From assembly GCA_037445065.1 (NCBI GenBank), contig JBBILD010000009.1, positions 111,080 through 175,079 on the forward strand: 64,000 bases of DNA, given 5' to 3'. Shown here one piece after another: positions 8,504-18,886 of the stretch; position 1 is the stretch's first letter, and every line of letters starts with the position of its first letter. The stretch comes from Myxococcales bacterium. GTDB taxonomy: Bacteria > Desulfobacterota > Binatia > HRBIN30. Under the pieces are notes generated by a model. The model did not search any database. It saw nothing but the letters and a program-made list of their open reading frames with translations, and was not told the DNA's origin. The position numbers were made by a program, and so were the translations under genes.

Positions 8504-10879
8504 GTGCGCGAGCGCGACCTCAGCGTCCTCGAGTTTCCCGAACTGCTGACCCACTTGAGCGGCTTCGCTCGTTCCGCCGCCGGCAAGGAGGCATGCTTGC
8601 ACCTGCGGCCAGAACGCGAGCAAGCGGGAGCACGGGCGGCTCTCGAACAGACCGCGCAACTGTTCGCGTTGCTTCGCGAGCACGGCGACCTGCCCCTGGG
8701 CGCGTTCCCGGACCTCACCGCCGTTTTCCAGCGGGCCGCGCGGCCTGGTTCCATCTTGGAGGCGGAAAGCTTGCTCGCCATCCGCGAGGTGCTGGACTGT
8801 GCGGATGCGGTGCTCGGGTTTTTACGGCCACGGTTAGCGGCGGCCCCCGCTTTGCAATCCTGCTTGCGGCGCATGGATGCGCAGCGCGAGCTGCGCTCGA
8901 GCCTGCACCGCGCCCTCGACGCCTCGGGCCAGGTGGCAGACGAAGCCAGCGAGGAGTTGGCGGCGATCCGGCGGGAAATTCGCCACTTGCGCGCGCGCCT
9001 GCAACGCCGACTGGAAGCGCTGCTCACCGACGCGCGAATGCAAGAGTACCTGGCCGACCGCTTCGTGACCGTGCGCCATAACCGCTACGTCCTGCCGATT
9101 CGGAGTGCCGCGGCGGCCCGCTTCGAAGGAATCGTGCAAGACCGCTCCTCCTCCGGCGAAACCGCCTTCATGGAGCCTCTGTTCGCGGTAGAGATGAACA
9201 ACCGCCTGGCCCTCGCCGCACAGGAAGAAGAGCGAATCGTGCGCCGGATCCTCTTCGACCTCACGGAAATGGTGCGCGATCTTCTCCCCTCGCTGCAGTC
9301 CACGTTCGAAGCGCTGGTGGAACTCGACTGTGCCGCCGCCCGGGCCCGCTTAGCGGCAAGCTACGAAGGAACTGTTCCCGAGTGGAGCGCGGAAGGGGTG
9401 GAGATCCGCCAGGCACGCCATCCCCTGTTGCTCGCGCGCGGGGTCGAGGCAGTTCCCATCGACTTGTTGATTCCGCCTGGAAAGCAAGCGCTGGTGCTCA
9501 CCGGTCCCAACACTGGCGGCAAGACCGTGGCGTTGAAGACCCTGGGGTTGCTCGCCTTGATGGCGCAGAGCGGCATGCTGCTGCCCGCTGCTGCCGGCGC
9601 CCGCTTGCCGTTCTTTCGCGCCGTATTTGCTGACATCGGCGACGAGCAGAGCCTGGCACGCAACCTTTCCACGTTTTCTGCGCACATCGCAAACCTGGTG
9701 GAGATCGTGCACGCGCAGGCAGCGCCGGCTTTGGTGCTCCTCGACGAGCCCGGCGTAGGAACCGACCCAGAAGAAGGAGCCGCGCTGGCCATCGGCCTCG
9801 TGCGCGAGCTCTTGGCCCCTGCCACTTGGCTGGCTCTCACCACTCATTACCTGCCGATCAAAACGTTTGCCCTTGCGCACGAGGCCTGCGTGACCGCGGC
9901 GGTGGATTTCGACTTGGAGGCGCTGCGGCCTCGTTACCGACTGGTGTACCATTCGGTGGGAGAAAGCCTGGGGCTGCCGATCGCTCGCCGCCTCGGCCTG
10001 CCCGAACCGGTTTTACGCAAGGCCGCGGAAGCACGCTCGGCGTCGAGCCGTGCCTTGCTCGACGCCATCGCTACCCTGGAGGCAAGCCGGCGCGAATACG
10101 AGGAAAAGGCCGCCGCAGCCGAGGCCGCCCGCGCGCAAGCCCTGCGCTTGCAGCAGGAACTCGAAGCTTTACGCGAGCAGCTCGCTCGCCAACTTGCCGA
10201 GCTGCGCCGCGCGAAGCGGGAGCGGGTGGCGGAAGAACTGCGAGAGGCCAGGGAATTCCTCCACGAACTCAAGCAACAGGGCCGAGAATTGCTGGCCGCC
10301 CTCGAGCGCGGGCAGCGCGGCCGCAGTGACTTGCTGGCGTTCCTGCGCGAGAAAGCCGCCCAGATCGAGGGCCAGCACCGAGCGAGCGCCGACGAACAGC
10401 CTGAACTCGCAGGAGAAGCGGAGCGGGAGGGCACGCCTTTGCAAATTGGCGACTGGGTAGAGATCCCGGGGGAGAACATCCGCGGCCGGCTGGTCGCCGT
10501 AGAAGGGGAGCGGGCGTGGATCCAACGCGGCAGTCTACGCTTCGAGCTGCCGGCGCGGAGGCTGCGGCGCGCAGCGGGTGCCGAACACAACCAGCGCGAC
10601 GACCGCCCGATGGTCAGCGCGTCCCCGGGCCGCGAAGCCAGCGAGATCAGCTTGCTCGGCTTGCGCGCGCAAGAGGCGTTGGAGCAGCTCGAGCGCTTTC
10701 TCGACCGGGCCGTGCGAGCCGGGGAGGGCCGCGTACGTATCATTCATGGCGTGGGCAGCGGCGCGCTCAAGCGCGCAGTTGGGGACTACCTGGCACGTTG
10801 CCCGTACCGGGTGCGTTTCCGAGGCGCAGACCCCCAAGAAGGAGGCGCTGGCGTCACCATTGTCGAGTTAGAAAACTGA
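8504..10879 (+). CDS. mutS2: MutS2 (ATPase + coiled coil + KOW-like + Smr)
   Basis: VLEF N-terminus, TGPNTGGKT Walker A, LSTFSAH, LLDEPGVGTDPEEG, C-terminal IIHGVGSGAL...GGAGVT. Confidence 0.95.
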   Translation: MRERDLSVLEFPELLTHLSGFARSAAGKEACLHLRPEREQAGARAALEQTAQLFALLREHGDLPLGAFPDLTAVFQRAARPGSILEAESLLAIREVLDCADAVLGFLRPRLAAAPALQSCLRRMDAQRELRSSLHRALDASGQVADEASEELAAIRREIRHLRARLQRRLEALLTDARMQEYLADRFVTVRHNRYVLPIRSAAAARFEGIVQDRSSSGETAFMEPLFAVEMNNRLALAAQEEERIVRRILFDLTEMVRDLLPSLQSTFEALVELDCAAARARLAASYEGTVPEWSAEGVEIRQARHPLLLARGVEAVPIDLLIPPGKQALVLTGPNTGGKTVALKTLGLLALMAQSGMLLPAAAGARLPFFRAVFADIGDEQSLARNLSTFSAHIANLVEIVHAQAAPALVLLDEPGVGTDPEEGAALAIGLVRELLAPATWLALTTHYLPIKTFALAHEACVTAAVDFDLEALRPRYRLVYHSVGESLGLPIARRLGLPEPVLRKAAEARSASSRALLDAIATLEASRREYEEKAAAAEAARAQALRLQQELEALREQLARQLAELRRAKRERVAEELREAREFLHELKQQGRELLAALERGQRGRSDLLAFLREKAAQIEGQHRASADEQPELAGEAEREGTPLQIGDWVEIPGENIRGRLVAVEGERAWIQRGSLRFELPARRLRRAAGAEHNQRDDRPMVSASPGREASEISLLGLRAQEALEQLERFLDRAVRAGEGRVRIIHGVGSGALKRAVGDYLARCPYRVRFRGADPQEGGAGVTIVELEN

Positions 10880-11063
10880 GCAGAGCAAAGTCACAGGCAC
10901 GCTGTGCGCTCGCCTGGCACAGGCGGGGCCGCAGGTTGCCTCCAAAGTGCGCCGGGTCGGCTCGCGGGACCATCCAGAACTCCGGCCCGAGGCGGCCCCC
11001 TTTGGCCCCGCTTTGCCGTGTGTTAGCTTCGCCCGAACCGCGTGGGAGCAAAGGAGGCCAGAC

Positions 11064-12095
11064 ATGCGGGCAGTCGTCATGCGCGGCAAGTCACTGGTGG
11101 TTGACGAAGTCCCCGATCCCGTACCGCTCGAGGGCGAGGTGCTGGTGCGCACTCTCGCGTGCGGCATTTGCGGTTCGGACCTGCACGCCCTCGAACACGC
11201 CGACAAAATGGTGGAGGCCGCGCGCGACACGGGTGCCCCATTCCGCTTGGACCCGAGCCGCGACGTGGTGATGGGTCATGAGTTTTGCTGCGAAGTCCTG
11301 GACTACGGCCCGCGCACTTCAGTGCAACTGCGACGCGGAACGCGAGTTGTCTCGATGCCGATCGTCTTCCGCGATGGCGGCATCGAGGGTGTCGGTTATT
11401 CGAACCAAGTGCCGGGGGGTTACGGCGAACTGATGGTGCTCTCGGCTTCGCTCATCCTACCCGTGCCGAACGGGCTTCCTACCGACGAGGCCGCGCTCAC
11501 TGAGCCCATGGCGGTGGGCTTGCATGCAGTGAACAAAGCCGCCCTGCAAAGCTGGGATGCTCCGCTCGTCATCGGTTGTGGCCCCGTGGGTCTGGCCGTG
11601 ATTGCGGCGCTGCGACTGCGCGGGGCGGAACCGATCGTGGCGGCTGACTACTCCCCGGCGCGGCGAGCGCTAGCGCAAAAGATGGGGGCCCACGTGGTGG
11701 TGGATCCCGCACAAGAGTCTACCTTCGACGCCTATCGTAAGGCCGCGCAAATGCGCCCGGCCGTGATTTTCGAATGCGTGGGTGTGCCTGGGATTCTGCA
11801 CAGCATCTTGCGCGAGGCGCCGCACAGCGCCCGCATCGTGGTGGCCGGGGTGTGCATGGAAAACGACACGATCCGACCGATCTACGGAATCAACAAAGAA
11901 CTGAGCGTGCAGTTCGTGCTCGGCTATACGCCGGAGGAATTTTCGGCCACGCTCGAACATTTGGCAGAAGGCCGCATCGAGGTACGGCCGATGATCACCG
12001 GACGCGTTGGCCTCGAGCAAGTACCGGAAGCCTTCTCCACCCTGCGCCAGCCAGACCAGCACGCAAAGATCCTGGTGCAGCCAGCGCGGAACTGA
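11064..12095 (+). CDS. Zinc-binding (MDR) dehydrogenase
   Basis: CGICGSDLH, GHEF, GCGPVG; ATG at 11064 after AAGGAGG. Confidence 0.9.
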   Translation: MRAVVMRGKSLVVDEVPDPVPLEGEVLVRTLACGICGSDLHALEHADKMVEAARDTGAPFRLDPSRDVVMGHEFCCEVLDYGPRTSVQLRRGTRVVSMPIVFRDGGIEGVGYSNQVPGGYGELMVLSASLILPVPNGLPTDEAALTEPMAVGLHAVNKAALQSWDAPLVIGCGPVGLAVIAALRLRGAEPIVAADYSPARRALAQKMGAHVVVDPAQESTFDAYRKAAQMRPAVIFECVGVPGILHSILREAPHSARIVVAGVCMENDTIRPIYGINKELSVQFVLGYTPEEFSATLEHLAEGRIEVRPMITGRVGLEQVPEAFSTLRQPDQHAKILVQPARN

Positions 12096-12254
12096 CCGCC
12101 CTTCGCTGCCTGAGGCGGAACGATCTTTCTGGCAAGGGTTGCAGAGGCCGCATGGTTGCGCCTGGGCGGCTGGTTCGGTAACTGGCGCGCTGGCCAGTGG
12201 CTCGGGACTCCGGCGCAGTGATCGCGCTGCGCCCCAGCCGGTGCCTCACGACCC

Positions 12255-13154
12255 ATGAAGCCAGAATTCACCGAACGTTTTTTTCGCAGCGGGACCCTAC
12301 GCATTCACTTCCGCGACTGGGGCCAGGCTGACAAACCTCCGCTGGTGATCGTGCACGGTCTCCGCGACCACTCGCATTCCTTCGATGATCTCGCACGTAG
12401 CCTCGTGGACCGCTTTCACGTCCTCGCGCTCGACCTGCGCGGTCACGGCGATAGCGAGACGACTCCCTACTACGCCTTCGGCCACTTCGTGCTCGACTTG
12501 CACAACATGGTGCGGGCACTGCGCTTGCAGAAGCCGATTCTCATCGGCCACTCTTTCGGTGGAGAGGTGGTCGCCGCATATGCTGGATGCTTTCCGCAGG
12601 TGCCTGAGAGACTCGTGATCATCGAGGGACTCGGTCCGCCGCCACCCGACATGGACCAAGCGGTGCGCCGCACGGTCGAAGGGTTCGCTCGCATCGATCG
12701 TGCCTTTGCCGGACACCCGGGCCTGCCCGATCTGGAAGCCGCCTACCGCCGCTTGCGCGAGCGCAACCCGCGCCTGCCGGAGGGCAAGGCTCGCGAACTC
12801 GCTGTGCTCGGCACCCGAGCCCGAGAGGACGGTACACTCGAGTGGAAGTTCGACGCCATGCTCGCCACCATGACGATCACCGGGCCCTTCCACCTCGAAT
12901 ACAGTATGGCGCTCTGGCGCCGCATCCAGGCTCCCACCCTCATCATTCACGGCGCGGAATCCGGCGAGTTTTGGCGCGGGCGGCCGGGCGCCCACTATCT
13001 CGAGCCGGAAGACTTGCAGCGGCGCCTGGCTTGCTTCCGCGACCACCGGTTCGTCGAGATCGCTGGCGCCGGCCACATGGTGCACTTCGACCGGCCACGA
13101 GAACTGGTGGTGGCGATCCGCGCCTTTCTGCTCGAGACCGCGGCGTCGAGCTAG
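12255..13154 (+). CDS. Alpha/beta hydrolase
   Basis: VHGL, DLRGHG, GHSFGG nucleophile elbow, AGHMVH. Confidence 0.9.
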   Translation: MKPEFTERFFRSGTLRIHFRDWGQADKPPLVIVHGLRDHSHSFDDLARSLVDRFHVLALDLRGHGDSETTPYYAFGHFVLDLHNMVRALRLQKPILIGHSFGGEVVAAYAGCFPQVPERLVIIEGLGPPPPDMDQAVRRTVEGFARIDRAFAGHPGLPDLEAAYRRLRERNPRLPEGKARELAVLGTRAREDGTLEWKFDAMLATMTITGPFHLEYSMALWRRIQAPTLIIHGAESGEFWRGRPGAHYLEPEDLQRRLACFRDHRFVEIAGAGHMVHFDRPRELVVAIRAFLLETAASS

Positions 13155-13204
13155 CGTGTTGCGTCGCGTTCGGGCAGGCTTTGCGCGAGCCAGATTGCCC
13201 ACGT

Positions 13205-13705
13205 ATGGACGAACCAAAGTTCTCGAACCGCCAAGGCACCGCGGGTGAGACGCTGCGTGCGGCGCGGGACCGCTACTTTGCCGAGAACGGTTTCGACGAG
13301 CGCAGTTACGCTTCAGCGTGGGTGCGGCTCGAGGCGGGGCCGGTGCCGCTCTTTTTCCCCAACACTGGTGCACGGGTGCGCGCCGTGCGTTTCCATGACC
13401 TGCATCACGCACTGACGGGCTACGGAACCTCCTGGACTGGGGAAGCAGAGATCGGCGCTTGGGAGATCGCCTCGGGGTGCGGGCGACACTGGATCGCATA
13501 CCTCCTCAACTTGCAAGCGATGGCCATCGGCCTCTTCCTCTCTCCCCGCCGTGTGTGGGAAGCGTTTCGGCGCGGGCGGCACTCCGGTAACTTTTACCGC
13601 TGCGAGTTCGAGGGCATCGATCTCGATCGCCCTGCCGATGCCTACCGGGAAGCATTGGGACTCATCCGCACTTCCCTGCCACCTGTTCGCGCGCGACGTG
13701 CTTAA
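13205..13705 (+). CDS. Coq4-like metal-binding protein
   Basis: HDLHHALTGYGTSWTGE fits HDxxH-x11-E; ATG at 13205. Confidence 0.65.
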   Translation: MDEPKFSNRQGTAGETLRAARDRYFAENGFDERSYASAWVRLEAGPVPLFFPNTGARVRAVRFHDLHHALTGYGTSWTGEAEIGAWEIASGCGRHWIAYLLNLQAMAIGLFLSPRRVWEAFRRGRHSGNFYRCEFEGIDLDRPADAYREALGLIRTSLPPVRARRA

Positions 13706-13829
13706 CTTTGCAGTCGCTTGCACTGCCGGTCTCGCCCTTTTGGGCGCTGCCCTGATTCCGCTCGCCGCTGTACTGGGTGGGACCACCGCGCTCGGCCGGC
13801 TCGTCTGGCAGGCCTTCCTGCCAGGATGA
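13698..13829 (+). CDS. Possible small hydrophobic membrane protein (43 aa)
   Basis: GTG overlaps the upstream stop; MLNFAVACTAGLALLGAALIPLAAVLGGTTALGRLVWQAFLPG is almost entirely hydrophobic. Confidence 0.4.
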   Translation: MLNFAVACTAGLALLGAALIPLAAVLGGTTALGRLVWQAFLPG

Positions 13830-14342
13830 CGGACCGAGCGCCACCGCTGCCCGGCCGGCCGCGCCAACTGCTGCGCGGGCAAAGGAATCCGCGCACACCG
13901 ATTCGCAGCGGCCAAAATCCACGCGGCGCCAGAGGCACAAGGCATGCGCCGTCCGGCTGATCCAGGGCGGGAGGCTGAGCCGGCTGCGGCCAGAGTGCGG
14001 GCCAGCCACTGCCCGTACAGCCGCGCTCCAGGTTTAAAGGCCCCGAAAAGGTCGCTCGAAGCTTTGCCTCAGGTTTCCACACCCATAACTTTACTTTTGC
14101 TCCGAACTCCGTCGGTGCTCACCGCGGCCGCGAGTGCGACGCGATCTCGCGATCGCCTCAGGCGAAGAGTTCTCACCCGCGCTGCTTTGTCTCGTAACGC
14201 TGCAAAGCGTTACTTCTTGCACAAGCCGTGCTGGTGCAGTTTTCCGCGGCCGCGCGCGTCCCCACTGCAACGCCCCCGAATACGGGTTCGTCTGTGCCTC
14301 CCGCGCTGCGCCCTTGAGGGGCTCCCGTGCTACAGGCGCGGC

Positions 14343-14618
14343 ATGGACTGGAGGCTGTTTCTCTCGACCTTTGTCGCCATTTTCCTTGCCGAGATCGGCG
14401 ACAAAACCCAACTTGCGACTCTTTCCCTTTCCGCAGGCGGGTCTTCGCGGTGGGCTGTGTTTCTCGGCGCTGCCCTCGCGCTGGTGACCACCTCAGCCGT
14501 TGCCGTGCTAGCTGGGGAGGCGGTGAGTCGAGTCGTATCGCCGGAGTGGCTGCGCTGTGCGGCCGGAGTCTGCTTTCTGCTCCTCGGTGCCTTTTTCTTG
14601 CTCAGTAAAGGCGACTGA
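14343..14618 (+). CDS. TMEM165/GDT1 (UPF0016) family protein, single-repeat form
   Basis: FLAEIGDKTQL motif once, about 3 hydrophobic segments, 91 aa. Confidence 0.88.
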   Translation: MDWRLFLSTFVAIFLAEIGDKTQLATLSLSAGGSSRWAVFLGAALALVTTSAVAVLAGEAVSRVVSPEWLRCAAGVCFLLLGAFFLLSKGD

Positions 14619-14859
14619 GCCAAACCCACAAAGCGTTCCGCCAGGCTGCGGTCGTGCCCGCTCGGTAGCGGCCAAGCGGCAACTAGGCAGGATCTCGAGG
14701 CAAATGAGGGGCCCGGTGGGCAGGCCACTCGAGACGCGGCTCCGTTTTCCAAGCCCAATGGTCAGGCGCCACGCGGCGTCACCGGTAACGTGGAAGCTGT
14801 TGGCGATCGCCTTGATGTTGGGAGCGTGTCTCATGCGGAAGAACGCGGATAGGGTTGCC

Positions 14860-15180
14860 TTACTTTCCGCCGGCCTGCGGGGGTCGCTGCCCGATCCAAT
14901 AGGTGGCACCCGAGTTCCCCACGTGAGCGGTGTGGATGGTACCAGCCGGAAGCATCAAGCGGTCGCCCGGGCCCAGGCGATAATCACGGTCGCCGATGTG
15001 AAACGTGATTTCCCCGTCAATGACCCAGAGGCTTTCGTCGTGCGCGTGCGAGTGTGGTTCGTAGGTCGCGCCTGGGACATCGTGCCAGCGGAAAGGATCG
15101 AAGCCCTCTTCGACCAAACGCTCGCGCAGTGCCTCCTCGTCTACCGGTCCGCCTGGCCAAGGAATCCGTTCCAAGCGCAT
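14860..15180 (-). CDS. Cupin domain protein
   Basis: HSHAHDE...GEITF...LGPGDRLMLPAGTIHTA; ATG at 15180 after AAGGAGG. Confidence 0.88.
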   Translation of the reverse strand: MRLERIPWPGGPVDEEALRERLVEEGFDPFRWHDVPGATYEPHSHAHDESLWVIDGEITFHIGDRDYRLGPGDRLMLPAGTIHTAHVGNSGATYWIGQRPPQAGGK

Positions 15181-15393
15181 GCTGCCTCCTTGCTTTTTCT
15201 CTTCCTCGCCCCACCCCGGCTTTCCTGAACCGCACTTTTCGTTCGGGTAGCGCCTGCGTTGTGCCCCCTGCAACTCCCACCGGGGGCACCCTTGTCCCAT
15301 CCTGCGCAGCGCGCTTGTAACGCGAATACCCCGTTGCGGTCAGCGCCGCCGCAACCTAGCGACTCCATGGCAGGTGCGAAGGAGGGTACGAGG

Positions 15394-16575
15394 ATGGCGA
15401 TCTCGATCACGATGCCGAAACTCAGCGACACCATGGAGGAGGGGACGATCCTGCGCTGGTACAAGCGAGTGGGCGATCCGGTCAAGAAAGGCGAGGTGAT
15501 CGCGGAAGTGGAGACCGACAAGGCCGATATGGAACTCGAAGCCGAGCAGAGCGGCGTGGTCGTGGAGATCAAAGTTCCGGAAGGAGAGAGCGCTCCGGTG
15601 GGTGCCGTGCTGGCGATTCTATCGGAGGCGCCCACCGCTGCAAGTGCGCAGCCTCCGACCGGGGAACAAGTTGCCAGGCGCGAGCCGAAACCTTCCCCAC
15701 CAGCCGGCGGACCCGCTCCGCAGCCGGCCAAAGAAGCGCGTCCTGCCGGCCAGCCAACCCCCGCCGCTAGCGGGCGCGAGCAAGCAACGCCGGCCCACGC
15801 TCCTTCGCTGACCGCCGCTCCTGCCAAAGAAGAAGCGCCTGCACCCCCTCCGACGCTGCGCTGGAAACCGCGCCTCACGAGCACGGCGCTGCCTGCGGGC
15901 CGTCATGAAGAAAGCCGGCTCCGGCAAACTGTGGCCAAGCAAATGACCCAGTCCAAGCGCGAGATCCCCCATTTCTACGTCGCCAGCGAAATCGACATGA
16001 CCGAGGCGGCTCGCCTGCGCGAGCAACTCCTCGAGGCTCGGCTGTTCCCGGAGCGGATTACCTTCACGCACTTGCTGATCCGGGCGCTAGCCCTGGTGCT
16101 GCCCCGCCACCCGCGCGTGAACGCGTCGTGGGTAGACGGTGCCGTGCAAATCCACTCGGACATCAACATCGCCATTGCGGTGGCTGTGGAAGACGGCTTG
16201 GTGGCCCCTGTCCTACACCGCTGCCAGGAACTCAGTTTGCGGGAAATTGCGCAAGCCACGCAAGGCTTGGTGGAGAAAGCACAAGCCGGGAAATTCACCG
16301 GCTCCGAACTCACCGGTGCCACCTTTACGATCTCGAACATGGGCATGCTCGACATTGACTCGTTCAGCGCCGTGATCACCCCGCCCCAAGCCGCGATCCT
16401 CGCCGTGGGCAGTATTCGCGAGCGCCCGGTGGTCCGAGATGGCAGCCTCGCGGTGGCGAAAACCATGCGGGTCACGCTCTCCGCCGATCACCGAGTACTC
16501 AACGGCGTGGAAGCTGGCCGCTTTCTCGAGGACCTCAAGCACACCCTCGAAAAACCCCTCGTACTGGTGCTGTGA
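15394..16575 (+). CDS. 2-oxoacid dehydrogenase E2 (dihydrolipoamide acyltransferase)
   Basis: Lipoyl domain [11 protein letters not shown]...ETDKA; Pro/Ala linker; catalytic TFTISNMG...DHRVLNG. Confidence 0.92.
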   Translation: MAISITMPKLSDTMEEGTILRWYKRVGDPVKKGEVIAEVETDKADMELEAEQSGVVVEIKVPEGESAPVGAVLAILSEAPTAASAQPPTGEQVARREPKPSPPAGGPAPQPAKEARPAGQPTPAASGREQATPAHAPSLTAAPAKEEAPAPPPTLRWKPRLTSTALPAGRHEESRLRQTVAKQMTQSKREIPHFYVASEIDMTEAARLREQLLEARLFPERITFTHLLIRALALVLPRHPRVNASWVDGAVQIHSDINIAIAVAVEDGLVAPVLHRCQELSLREIAQATQGLVEKAQAGKFTGSELTGATFTISNMGMLDIDSFSAVITPPQAAILAVGSIRERPVVRDGSLAVAKTMRVTLSADHRVLNGVEAGRFLEDLKHTLEKPLVLVL

Positions 16576-16657
16576 ATTCGCTCGTTGCGCCTGGCCAAGG
16601 GCGTGTGTTACAGCCGCCCAGCTCGCCGCGCTGCGGCCAGTGGGAGGAAGCAGACGT

Positions 16658-17332
16658 ATGTTCGAGTTCATCCAGCAAGGCATTGACGTCTTCTTGCATC
16701 TCGATGCCCACTTGAATCACTTCGCCGCGGTGCTCGGTCCCGCGCTGTACGTGCTTCTATTCCTGATCATTTTCTCCGAGACCGGTTTGGTGGTCACCCC
16801 GTTCCTCCCTGGCGATTCGCTACTTTTTGCGGTGGGTGCCTTGGCCGCTGTGGAAGGGGCGGTCATCAACGTTCATGGCGCCGCGTTTCTGCTGATCGTG
16901 GCGGCGGTTTTGGGAGACGCCGTCAACTACGCCATCGGCGCCTATGTGGGCCCAGCCGTGTTCAAGAGCGAGACCTCGCGCTGGCTCAACAAGCGCCATC
17001 TGCAACGAACTCACGACTTTTACGAGCGGCACGGAGGCAAGACGATCATTTTGGCGCGGTTCATCCCCATCATCCGCACTTTTGCGCCGTTCGTCGCCGG
17101 GATTGGGCGCATGGGCTACCCGAAGTTCGCCGCGTACAACGTGATCGGCGGGATTCTCTGGGTGGTGTCGTTTGTCTACGCCGGGTACCTGTTTGGAAAT
17201 GTGCCGTTTGTGAAAACCAACTTCCACTTCGTGATCGTTGCCATCATTGTCATTTCGGTCATGCCGCCCATTATCGAGTACCTGCGGGCACGCCGAGCCA
17301 ATGCGGTAGCGGCCCGGCCGGCGCTCGACTGA
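16658..17332 (+). CDS. dedA: DedA family membrane protein
   Basis: [47 protein letters not shown]. Confidence 0.92.
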   Translation: MFEFIQQGIDVFLHLDAHLNHFAAVLGPALYVLLFLIIFSETGLVVTPFLPGDSLLFAVGALAAVEGAVINVHGAAFLLIVAAVLGDAVNYAIGAYVGPAVFKSETSRWLNKRHLQRTHDFYERHGGKTIILARFIPIIRTFAPFVAGIGRMGYPKFAAYNVIGGILWVVSFVYAGYLFGNVPFVKTNFHFVIVAIIVISVMPPIIEYLRARRANAVAARPALD

Positions 17333-17362
17333 ACTCGGTCACACGGCAACCGGGGAGGAAAA

Positions 17363-18775
17363 ATGGAGCATCCGCTGCGCGAATCGCTCGTGGCGCTAAC
17401 CGAGGCCCTTCATCGCAAGCGGCTCTCTCCGGTCGAACTCATGCACCTCACTCTCGAGCGGATTCGCGCCACCCATGCCAAGCTCAACGCGGTGGTGGCC
17501 TTGCACGACGAGGAGCGACTCCTCGAACAAGCGCGCCTGGCCGAGCAGCGGATCATGCGCGGCGAGGCACGACCTCTCGAAGGAATCCCGCTCGGCGTCA
17601 AAGACCTCGAAGATGCAGCCGGCCTGCCGACCACCTTCGGCTCGCTTCCGTTTCGCGGCAATGTGGCCGTGCGCAGCAGCGTCCAGGTGGAGCGGCTGGA
17701 ACGAGCAGGAGCCATTGTGGTGGGCAAGACCAACGCCCCAGAGTTCGGGTACACGGCGATTACGAAGAACCTGGTCTATGGCGTCACCCGCTCACCGTGG
17801 AATCTCGAGCGCACCCCCGGCGGTTCGAGTGGCGGCTCGGCGGCGGCGCTTGCGGGATGCGTGTTGCCACTGGTGACGGCCAGTGACGGGGGTGGCTCGA
17901 TCCGGATTCCGGCGAGCTTCACCGGCGCGTTCGGCCTCAAGGTGTCCTTCGGGCGAGTCCCGCGCGGGCCTTCGGAATACTGGGACTACCAAGACACGTC
18001 CGTGTACGGACCACTGACCAAGACAGTGGCGGACGCCGCACTGTTTTTGGATCAGGTAGTCGGTCCATCGCCCTGGGATCCGAACAGCCTGCCGCATCCT
18101 GGAATCTCGTACGTGCAAGCCTTGCGCGAGGAGCTACCGAAACCTCTGCGCATCGCCTATTCGCCCGACCTCGGTTATGCGGTCGTGCAATCGGACGTAG
18201 CTCGGGCCGTGGAAGACGCGGTCCGCGTGTTCGAGCGGCTCGGGCATCGTGTCGGGCAAATCTCTGGCGGCCCTCCGCAACTCGGGCGCGAGTGGGCGGT
18301 TCTCGGCGCCTTCGAGCTTGCCGCTCATTTGCACGACTTGGTGAAAGAACGAGAACAAGACTTTGGTCGCACCTTCGTGAGCGGTGTGAAATTGGGCTGG
18401 GAGATGCGCCCGGAGACCTGGGGAGAGTCCGCCAAACTGCGCGCCCAGCTCAACGCTTGGTGTGCAGAGACGTTCGAGCGCTTCGACCTTTTGCTGACCC
18501 CAACGGTTCCCTACGACCCACCGCCGGCCGGTGGTCCCTTCCCGCAAGAGACCGAAGGCCGCGCGCAGATTCTTGCTGGGGTGGCCTCGTTCACCATTCC
18601 CTTCAATCTGTCTTGGCATCCAGCGGCAACGGTCCGTGTGGGCCTCTCGCGCGCAGGCCTACCCATGGGGATGCAGATCGTGGGCCCGCGTCACCGCGAC
18701 GACCTGGTCTTACGCGCCGCGTACGCGTTCGAGCGCGAGCGCCCGTGGCACCCGTCGTGGCCCGAGGACTTCTAG
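17363..18775 (+). CDS. Amidase-signature family amidase
   Basis: GIPLGVKD, TPGGSSGGSAA, SDGGGSIRIPA. Confidence 0.93.
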   Translation: MEHPLRESLVALTEALHRKRLSPVELMHLTLERIRATHAKLNAVVALHDEERLLEQARLAEQRIMRGEARPLEGIPLGVKDLEDAAGLPTTFGSLPFRGNVAVRSSVQVERLERAGAIVVGKTNAPEFGYTAITKNLVYGVTRSPWNLERTPGGSSGGSAAALAGCVLPLVTASDGGGSIRIPASFTGAFGLKVSFGRVPRGPSEYWDYQDTSVYGPLTKTVADAALFLDQVVGPSPWDPNSLPHPGISYVQALREELPKPLRIAYSPDLGYAVVQSDVARAVEDAVRVFERLGHRVGQISGGPPQLGREWAVLGAFELAAHLHDLVKEREQDFGRTFVSGVKLGWEMRPETWGESAKLRAQLNAWCAETFERFDLLLTPTVPYDPPPAGGPFPQETEGRAQILAGVASFTIPFNLSWHPAATVRVGLSRAGLPMGMQIVGPRHRDDLVLRAAYAFERERPWHPSWPEDF

Positions 18776-18886
18776 GACTTGTGGGCGCTGAAACGTCTCT
18801 CCGCCGAGCAGTTCGGGCTCCGAAGCGGCGTAGGTTTCGACGGCGAGTGGCTCTGGCCGCGCCCGCTGCTACCAACCGGAGCGGCC

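Noticed and set aside
14040..14342. yybP-ykoY riboswitch upstream of the UPF0016 gene
   Set aside because: Conserved GGGGAGUA and GAGACC elements not found by eye.
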